Below, in pieces: positions 1 to 11,875 of a DNA stretch of 64,000 bases. Position numbers and translations under genes: made by a program. Every line of letters starts with the position of its first letter. Position 1 is the stretch's first letter. Below the pieces are notes generated by a model. That model searched no databases. It saw only the letters and a program-made list of their open reading frames with translations, and was not told the DNA's origin. Source of the DNA: Cyanophyceae cyanobacterium (GTDB lineage: Bacteria; Cyanobacteriota; Cyanobacteriia; Cyanobacteriales; Laspinemataceae); contig JBBQFN010000002.1 of the NCBI GenBank assembly GCA_038321985.1, forward strand, positions 352,001-416,000, in the 5' to 3' direction.

Positions 1-102
1 GACAACTTCATCGTTGCCCCAAATTAAACTAGGATGCTGAGGCGATTGAAAATTTTCTGAGTTCCAATAGCTAGAAAACTAAAAATGGGGAGTATTGTAA
101 TC

Positions 103-1209
103 ATGGCTTTACAAGAAGAAATTGATAAAACTAGACAAGAAATTAGGACAGACAACTATTCTATGTCTATTGGAGAATTAATTAGCTTGTATGAAAAGCA
201 AGAAATTGATATTCACCCAGATTTTCAACGGTATTTTCGATGGTCTAATTATCAAAAATCGACTTTTATAGAATCAATTTTATTAGGCATCCCGATTCCT
301 GCTATTTTTGTTAATCAAAGAGAGGATGGGATTTGGGATGTTATCGATGGGTTGCAGAGACTCTCAACCATTTATGAATTTGTCGGGTTATTGCAACCGG
401 ATTTTCAAGATGAAGATAGCTCTTTTGTGGTTTTACAAGAAACGCACTACTTACCTTCCTTGAAAGGGAAAAAGTGGGATGACTCTAACGACCCGGAGAA
501 TTCCTTGACTCCAACCCAGCGGTTATTGATAAAGCGCGCCAAAATAACCGTGAATATCATCGAAAAAGAAAGTGACAAGATGATTAAGTATGAGTTGTTT
601 CAGCGACTCAATACCGGAGGGTCCATCGCCACTCACCAAGAGGTTAGAAATTGCATCCTTTTAATGTTGAACGAAGACCTCTATCACTTGATGCGTTTTT
701 TAGCCGATCGCCCATCCTTTAAAAATTGTATCGCCTTAAGCGATCGCCTCTACGAAGAACAGTATGATATGGAATTAGTCTTACGGTTTATTCTGCTGTT
801 TGATAGAACCGAAGAAAACCTCAAACAACTCGGCGGGGATGTGAGCGAATTTCTCACCGCTAGAATGAGGGAAGAGGCTCTTAAAACTGATTTAGATTAT
901 AGCCATATTGAGCAAGCATTCGATATTACCTTCAATCTTCTGAATCAAACGATAGGAGATGATAGCTTTAAGCGATATCGAAAGAAAGATGACAAATTCC
1001 TGGGAGGCTTTCTCTTATCGGCCTATGAAATCATTGCCCTGGGGATTGGATACCATTATAAAAATCCTCTCCCCCCCGACCAAATCTCGCAACGAATCAA
1101 AACGATTTGGTCAGATTCAACCTATAAAAAATGGTCGGGTGCTGGAGTCAATGCAGCCAGACGCTTACCTTATTTGATACCCCTGGGGAGAAAGGTCTTT
1201 TCCCCATGA
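103..1209 (+). CDS. DUF262 (GmrSD N-terminal/ParB-like) domain protein
   Basis: Motifs HPDFQRYFRW, IESILLGIPIP, VIDGLQRLSTI, FQRLNTGG. ORF opens at ATG 85; ATG 103 follows GGGAG and is the preferred start. Confidence 0.85.
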   Translation: MALQEEIDKTRQEIRTDNYSMSIGELISLYEKQEIDIHPDFQRYFRWSNYQKSTFIESILLGIPIPAIFVNQREDGIWDVIDGLQRLSTIYEFVGLLQPDFQDEDSSFVVLQETHYLPSLKGKKWDDSNDPENSLTPTQRLLIKRAKITVNIIEKESDKMIKYELFQRLNTGGSIATHQEVRNCILLMLNEDLYHLMRFLADRPSFKNCIALSDRLYEEQYDMELVLRFILLFDRTEENLKQLGGDVSEFLTARMREEALKTDLDYSHIEQAFDITFNLLNQTIGDDSFKRYRKKDDKFLGGFLLSAYEIIALGIGYHYKNPLPPDQISQRIKTIWSDSTYKKWSGAGVNAARRLPYLIPLGRKVFSP

Positions 1210-1859
1210 AAATCCGAACCTTGGAACTATTAAGTGATAAATTAGCGGAGGATTTGGCTTGGCGAAAGAAAGAACTATCTGCGATGAAATCCTTGGTGGA
1301 ATCTAAAAATCTTTCCCGGGAAAAACATCAGGTGTTAGTTCGGAGTGCGGTCTGTATTCTCTATTCTCATTGGGAAGGGTTTATCAAATTAGCAGGGAAT
1401 GCTTATCTCGAATATGTTGGAAATAAAAAATTGACCTATCAGGAGCTTTCCACTAATTTTTTAGCCTTGGCAATGAAAGAAAAACTCAAGGAGGCTAAAG
1501 AGACCCATAAACCCTCCTTGTATATTCCCCTTTGTGATTTTTTTCGCACCGAATTAAATCAACGATGTAGCTTGCCGAAAGATGTAATCTCTACAGCATC
1601 TAATCTTTCATCAGAAGTTTTGGAAGAAATAACCGTGCTGTTGGGACTTGATTTTTCTTTCTACCGGACTAAGAAAAAATTAATTGATGAAAAACTGTTA
1701 AAACCCAGAAATGAAATTGCTCATGGGGGTTATTTGGCGGCATTTGATCGGGATGAATATATTGAATTACATCACGAAGTTATCGCAATGCTTGATCGGT
1801 TTAAAAATCAAGTAGAAAATGCGGCAATTCAGGAAGAATTTAGGCATAATTCACCTTAA
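1206..1859 (+). CDS. HEPN-domain putative RNase (MAE_28990/MAE_18760-like)
   Basis: RxxxxH motif RNEIAHG, plus LAWRKKEL and LYSHWEGFIK. ATG 1206 overlaps the upstream TGA (ATGA), indicating translational coupling. Confidence 0.8.
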   Translation: MKIRTLELLSDKLAEDLAWRKKELSAMKSLVESKNLSREKHQVLVRSAVCILYSHWEGFIKLAGNAYLEYVGNKKLTYQELSTNFLALAMKEKLKEAKETHKPSLYIPLCDFFRTELNQRCSLPKDVISTASNLSSEVLEEITVLLGLDFSFYRTKKKLIDEKLLKPRNEIAHGGYLAAFDRDEYIELHHEVIAMLDRFKNQVENAAIQEEFRHNSP

Positions 1860-1862
1860 CCC

Positions 1863-1891
1863 ATCGGGACAAGGCATTGCCTTGTCCCGAT
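1863..1891. terminator. REP-like hairpin between convergent HEPN and ileS genes; likely bidirectional terminator
   Basis: ATCGGGACAAGGC-att-GCCTTGTCCCGAT, perfect 13-bp inverted repeat. Confidence 0.6.
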
Positions 1892-1900
1892 CTCTAGGAT

Positions 1901-4900
1901 TTAGAACTCTCCCGCTAAGGCGGCGTCACACCGATCGCAAATGGTCGGATCTTCCTCGGATTCACCGACGTGAGTTGAGTAGTTCCAACAGCGATCGCAT
2001 TTCTCTCCTTCTGCATCCACTACAGCAATTCCCCATCCGTTGACTTGGGTGCTATATTTCAACGCTTCCAGTGGTTGCGGGTTGTCTAGCACTTCGACTT
2101 GAGAGGTGATGAACAGATACCGGAGTTCGTCTACCCCGTTGCCGATCGCCTGGGGTACGGGCACCTTTACCGCGTGGGGGGCAGTCGCCTCTTCTATTGC
2201 ATCGATCGCCGCATCGGTTTGGGTTTTGCCGAGGATATAGTTACTCACGGAGGCAAGGGTATCTGTGAGTTCTTTGCGGTTATTGGCGCGTAAGACATAG
2301 CGGTTGACAAACCATCCACTGTATCCGATGCCAATCAGTTCTAGTAAACCCGGAAGCAAGGGGAAATCGGCGATCGCATCCACAATTGCGCCTAATACAA
2401 TCGTGGAAACTGTCGCACTCACAATTAATCCCACACTGAGGAGGGGACGGCGATAGTCCGAGAAAAATACTCCCAAGTATCGGGGTAACTCCGCCAGGAT
2501 TGCTAATGCGGCGTTGAGCACTTGCTGCCATTCGGGGACATCTGCCGGTGAGGGAATGTTTATCGGTTTCTCCCGGAGGGTAACTGAAGTTACTGTTTTA
2601 TTTTCCGGGGGATTTGCTACGGTAGTGGTGGTTGGGACGGTTCCCACCGATCTCGCCGGGTTCATGTTCCCTAATGTTTGGCGCAGTTGGATGTCGTCCA
2701 CGTATAACAAAACTTTGGCTTCTAAGGAAGAACCGATTGCCTTGCTTTGACGCGCCTTTTCTAGCACTTGGTTGACTTCCCCACGAATTTGGCGCAGGGT
2801 TTGCCAGGTTTTGGCGAGTTCGGGTTTTTTCCAACTCTCTTCTACTTGTACCCAACCCGCTTCAAATACCGAGTTATAGGGAGTGGGATAGGGGAGATTT
2901 TGCCAGATATCTTCGGCGATATGGCACAATACGGGGGCGACTGCTTTGGCTAGGTTTTCTAGGGCGATCGCCAGGACGGTTTGACAGCTTCGGCGTCGTT
3001 TGGCATCTAATGCACTGATATACAGCCGGTCCTTGGCGATATCGAGGTAGAAGTTGGATAAATCTACTACGCAGAAATTCTGCACGGTTTGGAAGAAGCG
3101 GAAGAATTGATAACTTTCAAAAGCATCGGTGACTTCGGCGAAAACTTCGGTCATCCGATGTAACATATATTGGTCTAATTCCGGTAATTCCTCGTAAGGA
3201 ACTGCATCTTTGGCGGGGTCGAAATCTTCTAAGTTCCCCAACAAAAACCGGGCCGTGTTACGGATTTTTCGATAAATATCCGAAAGTTGTTTGAGGATAT
3301 TTTTACCAATCGGAACATCGGAGGAATAATCTACCGATGACACCCATAACCGGAGAACATCGGCACCATACGGCGGTTCTTGTTTTTGGTTTGGCCCGCC
3401 GTTGATGATGATAGCTGGATCGACGACGTTACCCAGGGATTTGCTCATTTTGCGGTTGTTCTCATCAAGCACAAATCCATGAGTCAAAACGCTTTTATAA
3501 GGGGCGATGCTATTATTAGCAACACTGGTAAGTAAGCTGGATTGGAACCAGCCGCGATGTTGGTCGGACCCTTCTAAATAAAGGTCTGCGGGATAGCGCA
3601 ATTCTTCGCGACCCCCCACAACTGCGGCCCAGGAGGAACCGGAATCGAACCAGACATCCATTGTATCGGTGCCTTTGCGGTAGGTTTTGCCGTTGCTACG
3701 ATAGGCTTCCGGTAAGAGGTCTTCAATGGGTAATTCCCACCAGGCATCAGACCCTTTTTCGGCAATAATAGCCTGAATGTGGGCGATGGTTTCTTCAGTC
3801 ATTAAGGGTTCGCCGGTTTCTTCTTCATAGAACACGGGAATGGGAACGCCCCAACTACGTTGGCGGGAGATACACCAATCTGAGCGTTCTGATACCATTG
3901 CGGCAATCCGATTTTCTCCTTGGGCGGGAATCCATTTGACTTCAGAAATGGCTTTCATGGCTTCTTCCCGGAATCCATCCACGGAAGCAAACCATTGTTC
4001 AGTCGCCCGAAAAATAGTCGGTTTTTTGGTGCGCCAATCGTAAGGATATTTATGAACGTAGGGTTCTTCTTTGAGTAGAGATTTAGCTTTTTTTAAGGCT
4101 TCGATGACGGCTGTATTTCCTTCATTTAGCACGTTTAATCCGGCAAATTCTCCCGCTTCTTCGGTAAAGTTGCCGTTGCCATCGACGGGGGCTAAGATGG
4201 GCAAGCCATAGCGTTGTCCAACTTGATAATCTTCTAAACCATGTCCCGGGGCGGTATGTACGAGTCCGGTCCCGGATTCGGTGGTAACGTAATCGCCGCC
4301 AATGACCACGGGGCTAGTGCGATCGCACAGGGGATGTTTGTACTCACATCCTTCTAAGTCTTTGCCTTTGATTTTGGCTTTGACGGTGAGGGGAGTTCCC
4401 AGAGTTTCCGAGAGGCGATCGACTAATTCGGCAGCAACAATCAGGAATTTGCCCGAGGCGGGTTCGTAATCGGCAGCGGTTTCGACAATGGCATATTCCA
4501 GTTGCGGGTTCACACTCACCGCTAAGTTCGCGGGAATTGTCCAAGGCGTGGTAGTCCAGATTCCCACCCACAATTGTTTCATGTAGGATTTGAGGGCGGC
4601 AGCACTATCGGCTAACTTAGTGATATTGAAGGCCGCATAGATACTCCGTGAGGTGTGACCTTCGGGATATTCTAATTCCGCTTCAGCGAGGGCGGTTTGA
4701 GAACTCGGACTCCAATGCACAGGTTTGCGCCCTCGATAGATGTATCCTTTCAGAACCATTTTGCCAAAGACGCCAATTTGTGCGGCTTCGTATTCTGGTT
4801 TTAATGTGAGGTAAGGGTTTTCCCAATCTCCCCAGACTCCATACCGTTTGAAACTTTCTTTTTGTTCCTCAACGGTTTTTAGGGCAAATTCTTGGGCTTT

Positions 4901-5281
4901 TTGGCGTAATTTTAAGGGCGTCAGGTTTTGCCGTTCCTTGGATTTCATGGCTTGTAGCACTTTTAGTTCGATCGGCAAGCCATGGCAATCCCAACCCGGG
5001 ACATAGCGGACTTGATGTCCCCGCAGTAACTTATACTTGTTGATGATGTCCTTGAGGACTTTGTTCAGGGCGTGACCCATGTGGAGGGACCCGTTGGCGT
5101 AGGGTGGCCCATCATGGAGGATGAACAACTCGCCCGGATTATTCTGTGACAGCCGTTCATAGATTTGATGATCGGCCCAAAATTTCTGGAGTTCGGGTTC
5201 GCGTTTGACAGCGTTGGCCCTCATGTCAAACCCCGTTTTAGGCAAGTTGACGGTATCTTTATAAGTTTTTGCTTCGGTCAC
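1901..5281 (-). CDS. ileS: Isoleucine--tRNA ligase with internal CAAD (CURT1-like) membrane domain
   Basis: [13 protein letters not shown] (HIGH), [29 protein letters not shown] and C-terminal CDRC...CDRC Zn finger. Hydrophobic insertion at ~2228-2540. GTG 5281 preferred start (TTG 5287 alternative). Confidence 0.97.
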   Translation of the reverse strand: MTEAKTYKDTVNLPKTGFDMRANAVKREPELQKFWADHQIYERLSQNNPGELFILHDGPPYANGSLHMGHALNKVLKDIINKYKLLRGHQVRYVPGWDCHGLPIELKVLQAMKSKERQNLTPLKLRQKAQEFALKTVEEQKESFKRYGVWGDWENPYLTLKPEYEAAQIGVFGKMVLKGYIYRGRKPVHWSPSSQTALAEAELEYPEGHTSRSIYAAFNITKLADSAAALKSYMKQLWVGIWTTTPWTIPANLAVSVNPQLEYAIVETAADYEPASGKFLIVAAELVDRLSETLGTPLTVKAKIKGKDLEGCEYKHPLCDRTSPVVIGGDYVTTESGTGLVHTAPGHGLEDYQVGQRYGLPILAPVDGNGNFTEEAGEFAGLNVLNEGNTAVIEALKKAKSLLKEEPYVHKYPYDWRTKKPTIFRATEQWFASVDGFREEAMKAISEVKWIPAQGENRIAAMVSERSDWCISRQRSWGVPIPVFYEEETGEPLMTEETIAHIQAIIAEKGSDAWWELPIEDLLPEAYRSNGKTYRKGTDTMDVWFDSGSSWAAVVGGREELRYPADLYLEGSDQHRGWFQSSLLTSVANNSIAPYKSVLTHGFVLDENNRKMSKSLGNVVDPAIIINGGPNQKQEPPYGADVLRLWVSSVDYSSDVPIGKNILKQLSDIYRKIRNTARFLLGNLEDFDPAKDAVPYEELPELDQYMLHRMTEVFAEVTDAFESYQFFRFFQTVQNFCVVDLSNFYLDIAKDRLYISALDAKRRRSCQTVLAIALENLAKAVAPVLCHIAEDIWQNLPYPTPYNSVFEAGWVQVEESWKKPELAKTWQTLRQIRGEVNQVLEKARQSKAIGSSLEAKVLLYVDDIQLRQTLGNMNPARSVGTVPTTTTVANPPENKTVTSVTLREKPINIPSPADVPEWQQVLNAALAILAELPRYLGVFFSDYRRPLLSVGLIVSATVSTIVLGAIVDAIADFPLLPGLLELIGIGYSGWFVNRYVLRANNRKELTDTLASVSNYILGKTQTDAAIDAIEEATAPHAVKVPVPQAIGNGVDELRYLFITSQVEVLDNPQPLEALKYSTQVNGWGIAVVDAEGEKCDRCWNYSTHVGESEEDPTICDRCDAALAGEF

Positions 5282-5461
5282 AGCCAAATCCTAAGTTATT
5301 ATAGAACGGTTTTCAGTTTATTATAAACAGGACTTAGGCAACTTTTGGGATGTAACTCGATATGTAGGCGGCGCAGTACAGGAATTGCCCCTACCTACGG
5401 CTGATGCTTGAGTCGGGATTCAGGTAGACTGTTCCTCGTGGCGAGGGAAGGGTTAAGATTT

Positions 5462-8059
5462 TTAGGCTGGATAGCTGCCAGCGGTGATGACGCGATCGCG
5501 TCCGAGGGCTTTAGCGCGATAGAGTGCGGTATCTGCCGCCCGAATTAGGTCCTCTCCCGTCTCCCCTGCCACAGGGAAGCAAGCAATTCCCAGGGATGCG
5601 GTAATGATTCCTAATAATTCGCCGCGATGTTCTAGGGCCAGGTTTTTAATCGCTTCCCGGATTTGTTCGGCGCGGCGATAAGTGTCCGATAAGGTAGCAC
5701 CGGGTAAAATTAGGGTTAATTCTTCCCCCCCGTAACGGCAGGCGATATCCGACCCGCGAATATTTTGGATTAATAATTCTCCCACTTGTCGCAATACCGC
5801 ATCCCCCGCATCATGACCGAAAGTATCGTTAAAATGTTTGAAATGGTCAATATCAATCATGACCACACCCACGGATTGATCCTGACGATAAGCGCGTTGC
5901 AGTTCTCTCTCCAGAGTTTCTTCTAAGTAACGTCGGTTGAACAGTCCCGTCAGGGAATCACGAATGCTTTGGTCATGAAGGGTTTCACGCAGTTTAATAT
6001 TGGCTAAGGCTAAGGCAATTTGTTCGGAAACTGTGCGGGCTAATTGTTGTTTGGCTTCGCTTAATCGTCCTTCCTGGGGTGAAATTAAATACAGCAATCC
6101 CGAGATTTCCCCCTGGGCCATCATCGGGATACAGAGGGATTCTACCGGAAAACTTTGGGGGTGAATATGGTTACAAAATAAACTTAACGGACTATTGTCA
6201 ACCGCGTGCGATCGCCCCCGTCGTAAAGCCCAGCATTCATGAGGTTCAAACCAAGGTTTACTACCGGGAAGTTTTCCCCAAGCCGCCACATTTTTTACGC
6301 AGTTTTTAAAAGAGTCGATCGCCCCGAGTCCGCCGGAACACTTGGGGAATAATTGCGGCAGTTTTATCCCAATCGCTTTGTAGGCTTCTTCTACCGTTTC
6401 ACAGGCTTGCAATAATTCGTTCATTTCCCCCAATAACACCATTTCCCGATTGCGTTGCTTGAGTTCTTCAATCCACTGAATTAGCTTTTCATTGGCTTGT
6501 TGCAACGTCTCTTCAGATTGCTTTCCTTCGGTAATATTCCGAAAAGTTACCGTAAATCCGTCGCCGAATTTGACGGCGATTACTTTAAACCAACCCCGGA
6601 GTTTTTCATGGTCGTAATAGATTTCTACATCTAACAAATTCCCCGTATTGACTACCTCCACATAGCGCTCAAATAATCCAACTGCCTGATTTCCAGGCAG
6701 CTCTTCTAACATATAGTGACCGACCAGTTCTGTCGCACTGCGTCCAAGGAGTTTTTCAGCGGGAGGATTGACCGAAACCCATTGAAAATCAATGATAGTT
6801 TCTTCCGCATTTCGGATAGCTTTGAAAGCCATAATTCCATCCAAAGAGCTATTTAAAACCCCCGCCAACAAAGATTGAGAATATTGCAGGAATTGAACAG
6901 TTTGTTTAAAATCTGTAATATCTCGCGCTACCCAGATTACCGATCGCGTCGTGGGCAGGGGTGAAATACTCGCCGTAAATTGCTTTTGATGTTTTCCTAC
7001 GTTTAAACTGTACTCAAATTGAATCGGGGTCTGGGTTTCCAGTGACTGGCGAATTTGGCTTAAAAAAGTTTCCGAGTGGGACCCGTTAAAAAATTTTTCA
7101 AGGGTCTGGCTAATTAACTCAGAACTCTGTTTTGATTGGACTAAAGCCGGATGTGTTGGCGCAACTTTTATTTGATTTCCGGTCTCATCGATAATGAGAA
7201 CGATCTCACTCATAACAGCTAACACAGCGAGCAATTGTTCTTCAGTGGCGGTTAAAAATTTCCTCTCAGGAGTAAGGATATCTAATAATAGAAATGAATC
7301 TCTCAAATCTGTAGGCAATGCGTTCTTTTTAGGCTGAATTTTCAAAGAAGTGGGGAGTAATTCTTCGGAGGAAGTTTTTTGATTATTTTTAATTTTATAA
7401 GGTATAATTCTAATACGACGATTAATACGACTACCGTCTTGGCGTTTTTTGTATTTAAATAAATCTGATTTTGATGACTTTCTATAAAGTAGATGAACAG
7501 GTTTTTCCGGGTAAGAGTGAGAACTTAATTCTACAGATTTCTGCTGTTGTGATTGGAGGGAATCATCGAAGAAATTGCCCACTTGAGAGAAGTTAAATTT
7601 CTGCATGAGACGGGAAGGGGTGAGAACTCCCACCAGGCCGTTACCTGTATCACTGACAACCGGAAGATAACGAATTCCCTGCTGAAACCAAGTGAAAATA
7701 GGAGAAACGTCGCCACATTCTGACTCTTTAATGAATATCAAACATTTTTGCATGACCGCCGCCACAGTAGCTTTTTCTAAGGATTGTCCTGTCCCTAAAA
7801 ATTTAACAATATCTTGTGTCGTTAATAAATTGACAGCCTGATTGTCGTCGATCGCAAACAAGCAGCATTCGGTATCCTCTTCCCTGCCGGATAATTTGCC
7901 CAGAGGATTTAAGGGATGTCCCATACCCTCGGGGGACTGCCCCTGGCTCATCAATGCGATCGCCTCGATCAAAGGGGTATTAACAGCCACCATCTGGATA
8001 TTTCGGTCAATCGCAGATTCTATATCGAACGAACATAATAAACGATTTGCTTCGAGCAT
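5462..8059 (-). CDS. Diguanylate cyclase (degenerate CBS - PAS - PAS - GAF - GGDEF)
   Basis: DSLTGLFNRR, DIDHFKHFNDTFGHDAGD, RGSD I-site, RYGGEEL; GAF segment CWALRRG...CIPMMAQGE; PAS ends ARDIT and FRNIT. Confidence 0.9.
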   Translation of the reverse strand: MLEANRLLCSFDIESAIDRNIQMVAVNTPLIEAIALMSQGQSPEGMGHPLNPLGKLSGREEDTECCLFAIDDNQAVNLLTTQDIVKFLGTGQSLEKATVAAVMQKCLIFIKESECGDVSPIFTWFQQGIRYLPVVSDTGNGLVGVLTPSRLMQKFNFSQVGNFFDDSLQSQQQKSVELSSHSYPEKPVHLLYRKSSKSDLFKYKKRQDGSRINRRIRIIPYKIKNNQKTSSEELLPTSLKIQPKKNALPTDLRDSFLLLDILTPERKFLTATEEQLLAVLAVMSEIVLIIDETGNQIKVAPTHPALVQSKQSSELISQTLEKFFNGSHSETFLSQIRQSLETQTPIQFEYSLNVGKHQKQFTASISPLPTTRSVIWVARDITDFKQTVQFLQYSQSLLAGVLNSSLDGIMAFKAIRNAEETIIDFQWVSVNPPAEKLLGRSATELVGHYMLEELPGNQAVGLFERYVEVVNTGNLLDVEIYYDHEKLRGWFKVIAVKFGDGFTVTFRNITEGKQSEETLQQANEKLIQWIEELKQRNREMVLLGEMNELLQACETVEEAYKAIGIKLPQLFPKCSGGLGAIDSFKNCVKNVAAWGKLPGSKPWFEPHECWALRRGRSHAVDNSPLSLFCNHIHPQSFPVESLCIPMMAQGEISGLLYLISPQEGRLSEAKQQLARTVSEQIALALANIKLRETLHDQSIRDSLTGLFNRRYLEETLERELQRAYRQDQSVGVVMIDIDHFKHFNDTFGHDAGDAVLRQVGELLIQNIRGSDIACRYGGEELTLILPGATLSDTYRRAEQIREAIKNLALEHRGELLGIITASLGIACFPVAGETGEDLIRAADTALYRAKALGRDRVITAGSYPA

Positions 8060-8399
8060 CGACTTTCCCTTAGTGCCATCAGAATCATCCCTCTAACCAG
8101 CCCTCCACCTGCTCCTAGAGATTGGCTCTTTGGCGATCGCTGCTCAAGCACTCTTCGCCTGATGAACCCTGGCGATCGCGCCAGTTTACCCCTTTGCCCT
8201 CTTCCTTTTTTCCAAGGTGACCCTCTCGAATCAACTAGCCCGTTTGGCTGGTACTGATTGCTAGTTTATCCTATTTTAGATTGAAATTGTAAACTCACTC
8301 AAAACATTGCGAATCATTGGGTTGACTTTAATCTTTCCTTCTTTTGAAACTCCCGTAAACCTAATTTCATCATTGAACTAAAACAAAATATATTTTATT

Positions 8400-8408
8400 T
8401 GGTATAAT
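8400..8408 (+). promoter_or_regulatory. Possible extended -10 promoter for tocopherol cyclase
   Basis: TG-G-TATAAT 60 nt upstream of the ATG, in AT-rich DNA; no correctly spaced -35. Confidence 0.35.
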
Positions 8409-8447
8409 TTAACGGTAAAACAAACTATAAAACTTATTTTTTGTTAG

Positions 8448-9569
<1,122 letters not shown>

Positions 9570-9929
9570 TCAACCGGAGAATCATTGAGCTACAATGCTC
9601 GATGATTCCCCCAGATTAAGGTTAGGAAAAATACGAAGGCAGTCGCTTCGGCAATCTTTCAGCATTAAAAGTGCTAATCTTTACCCCAGAAAAGGAAACG
9701 ATTCACAAAACCGTCCAAGACTTAGCGCATCCCCAAGTCCTTACTTTTGAGTCCCGCTTTACCTTAATGGGCAATCCTTGGTAGGGAAAAATGGCGCAGA
9801 CGTTGAATATTTCCCCCCTCTTCCCTCTCTCCTGTGCTGCCCATCTTTCCCATCCCAGGACCAACCACAAATGACCACGGACAAATCCTGTACTATTAGG
9901 GTGAAGTGCGTTCAGAGAGAATAGCAAAG

Positions 9930-11369
9930 ATGAGTGCAGCAGGCATCTCAGAGGAAATCGTATTTGGTACCGATGGATGGCGGGGGATTATCGCCCGGGA
10001 TTTTACCTTTGCCAACGTGCGGAAGGTGACGAGGGCGATCGCCGTTTATCTGGAAACCGCCTACAGCAAAGATAAACCCGTCTTAATTGCCTATGATCCC
10101 CGCTTTTTAGCCGACGAATTTGCTAAAACGGCGGCTGAGGTTCTCGTAGATTTGGGCTGGACTGTTAAGATGACCGATCGGGATTGTCCCACTCCGGTGA
10201 TTGCTTATAATGCCCGCCATCTCAATACTGCCGGTGCATTAATGTTCACCGCATCTCATAACCCGGCCCCTTATTGTGGTATTAAATATATCCCCGATTA
10301 TGCGGGTCCTGCCACTCCAGAAATCACCGATACCATTGTGGCAAATATTGCCAAGGCTTCGGATGAACCGGCTTCTGGCAAAAATGCCGATAAAATCTCC
10401 ATTTTTGACCCTAAACCTGCTTACTTAGAATTTCTGTACACCTTGCTGGATGTGGACACCATTCGCAAGGCAAAACTGAAGGTCAAATATGATGCGTTGT
10501 ATTCGACTTCACGGGGTTATTTAGACCTTGTTTTAGAGCATTGCGGTTGCGATACCGAAAGTTTCCATACTTGGCGCGATGTGCTGTTTGGGGGAGGAAT
10601 GCCCGAACCCAAAGGTGAAATGCTGGTGGAGTTGGTAGATGCGGTCAAAAAAGATAGTGCCGATTTAGGTTTGGCAACCGATGGGGATGCCGATCGCTTT
10701 GGAATTGTGGATGAAAAAGGTAACGTCCTAACTCCAAATACTATTTTGCTATTATTAGCACGGCACTTGCTGGAAAATAAAGGCAAGAAAGGGGCAATTG
10801 TTCGCACTGTTGCCACGACTCACCTGTTAGATAACCTGGCGGAAAAATACGGTTTAACTCTTTATGAAACCGCCGTCGGGTTTAAATATGTCGGGGAAAA
10901 AATGCGGGAAACTGATGTGCTGATCGGCGGAGAAGAATCCGGCGGTTTGAGCATTTTGGGTCACATTCCCGAAAAAGATGGCATCCTGGCTGATATGTTG
11001 GTTGCAGAAGCAATCGCCTTCGCTGGTAAACCCCTCAGTCAATTAGTGGAAGAGGTCATCGCCGAAGCAGGCGGCCCCCTATACAACCACCGTTTAGATT
11101 TACACTTAACGGAAGCACACAAAGCGGCAGTTCTCGACGCCTACCAAAAAAATCCCCCCACAGAAGTAGCCGGAATTAAGGTGAAAGAAATCGGGCGCAA
11201 AGATGGAATTAAACTCTATCTTGAAGATGGCGGCTGGGTGTTACTACGTCCCTCGGGAACTGAACCTTTGATTCGGGTTTATATGGAAACCAATTCTCCG
11301 GAAAAACTTCAAAAAGTCGGCCAAGAAATGCAGGCTGAAATTGACAAAATGGCTCCGGTTGCGGCGTAG
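9930..11369 (+). CDS. Alpha-D-phosphohexomutase (PGM/PMM family)
   Basis: FGTDGWRG, TASHNP (phosphoserine), DGDADR (metal loop), GEESGG, RPSGTEP. Confidence 0.93.
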   Translation: MSAAGISEEIVFGTDGWRGIIARDFTFANVRKVTRAIAVYLETAYSKDKPVLIAYDPRFLADEFAKTAAEVLVDLGWTVKMTDRDCPTPVIAYNARHLNTAGALMFTASHNPAPYCGIKYIPDYAGPATPEITDTIVANIAKASDEPASGKNADKISIFDPKPAYLEFLYTLLDVDTIRKAKLKVKYDALYSTSRGYLDLVLEHCGCDTESFHTWRDVLFGGGMPEPKGEMLVELVDAVKKDSADLGLATDGDADRFGIVDEKGNVLTPNTILLLLARHLLENKGKKGAIVRTVATTHLLDNLAEKYGLTLYETAVGFKYVGEKMRETDVLIGGEESGGLSILGHIPEKDGILADMLVAEAIAFAGKPLSQLVEEVIAEAGGPLYNHRLDLHLTEAHKAAVLDAYQKNPPTEVAGIKVKEIGRKDGIKLYLEDGGWVLLRPSGTEPLIRVYMETNSPEKLQKVGQEMQAEIDKMAPVAA

Positions 11370-11382
11370 CAAACCCCAAATG

Positions 11383-11408
11383 CCGGCAGGGTTTTAAATC
11401 CCTGCCGG
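11383..11408 (+). terminator. Hairpin after phosphohexomutase
   Basis: CCGGCAGGG-ttttaaat-CCCTGCCGG followed by TTGTTGATTT. Confidence 0.55.
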
Positions 11409-11433
11409 TTGTTGATTTAAAATTAGGTAAAAC

Positions 11434-11667
11434 ATGATGGCTATTACAAAACTAATTCCTACCTTAGTAACTGCGATCGCCGCTATTTGGGTGGTTGCAG
11501 TCGCCCTGTTGTCTCTCCAAAATGCCACCCCCATTTCCTTACAATTTTTAGGATTTCGTTCCATTCAGCTTCCCCTGGGCCTGGTGCTAGCCACAAGTGC
11601 GGGAATCGGCATGATTGGAGGGGCGAGTGCCCTGGTTCTCTCCAAAGGGGGCCGCGATTTCTCCTGA
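11434..11667 (+). CDS. Small two-TM membrane protein, LapA/DUF1049-like
   Basis: Two hydrophobic helices flanking SLQNATPISLQFLGFRSIQLPLG. Confidence 0.7.
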   Translation: MMAITKLIPTLVTAIAAIWVVAVALLSLQNATPISLQFLGFRSIQLPLGLVLATSAGIGMIGGASALVLSKGGRDFS

Positions 11668-11875
11668 GAGTTAATTTTCCAGTTCTAGCCCAACCCATCC
11701 CCTCAATTTAAGCCCTTGACAAATGTCACAAAACCGGCTAAAAGTTAGACTCAATTCCCGAAACGCGATCGCCTCCGCCTCTCCCCTACACTATTAATAT
11801 TTATCGGCTCCCTAACCTGTCTAAACTCTAACGCCGGACCCTTTAAAAATCCCTCTAACCCTATCCAGACGAGCC

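Noticed and set aside
2150..2660. Intein or frameshift as the cause of the long IleRS
   Set aside because: No intein termini; the insert is hydrophobic, CAAD-like and in frame.
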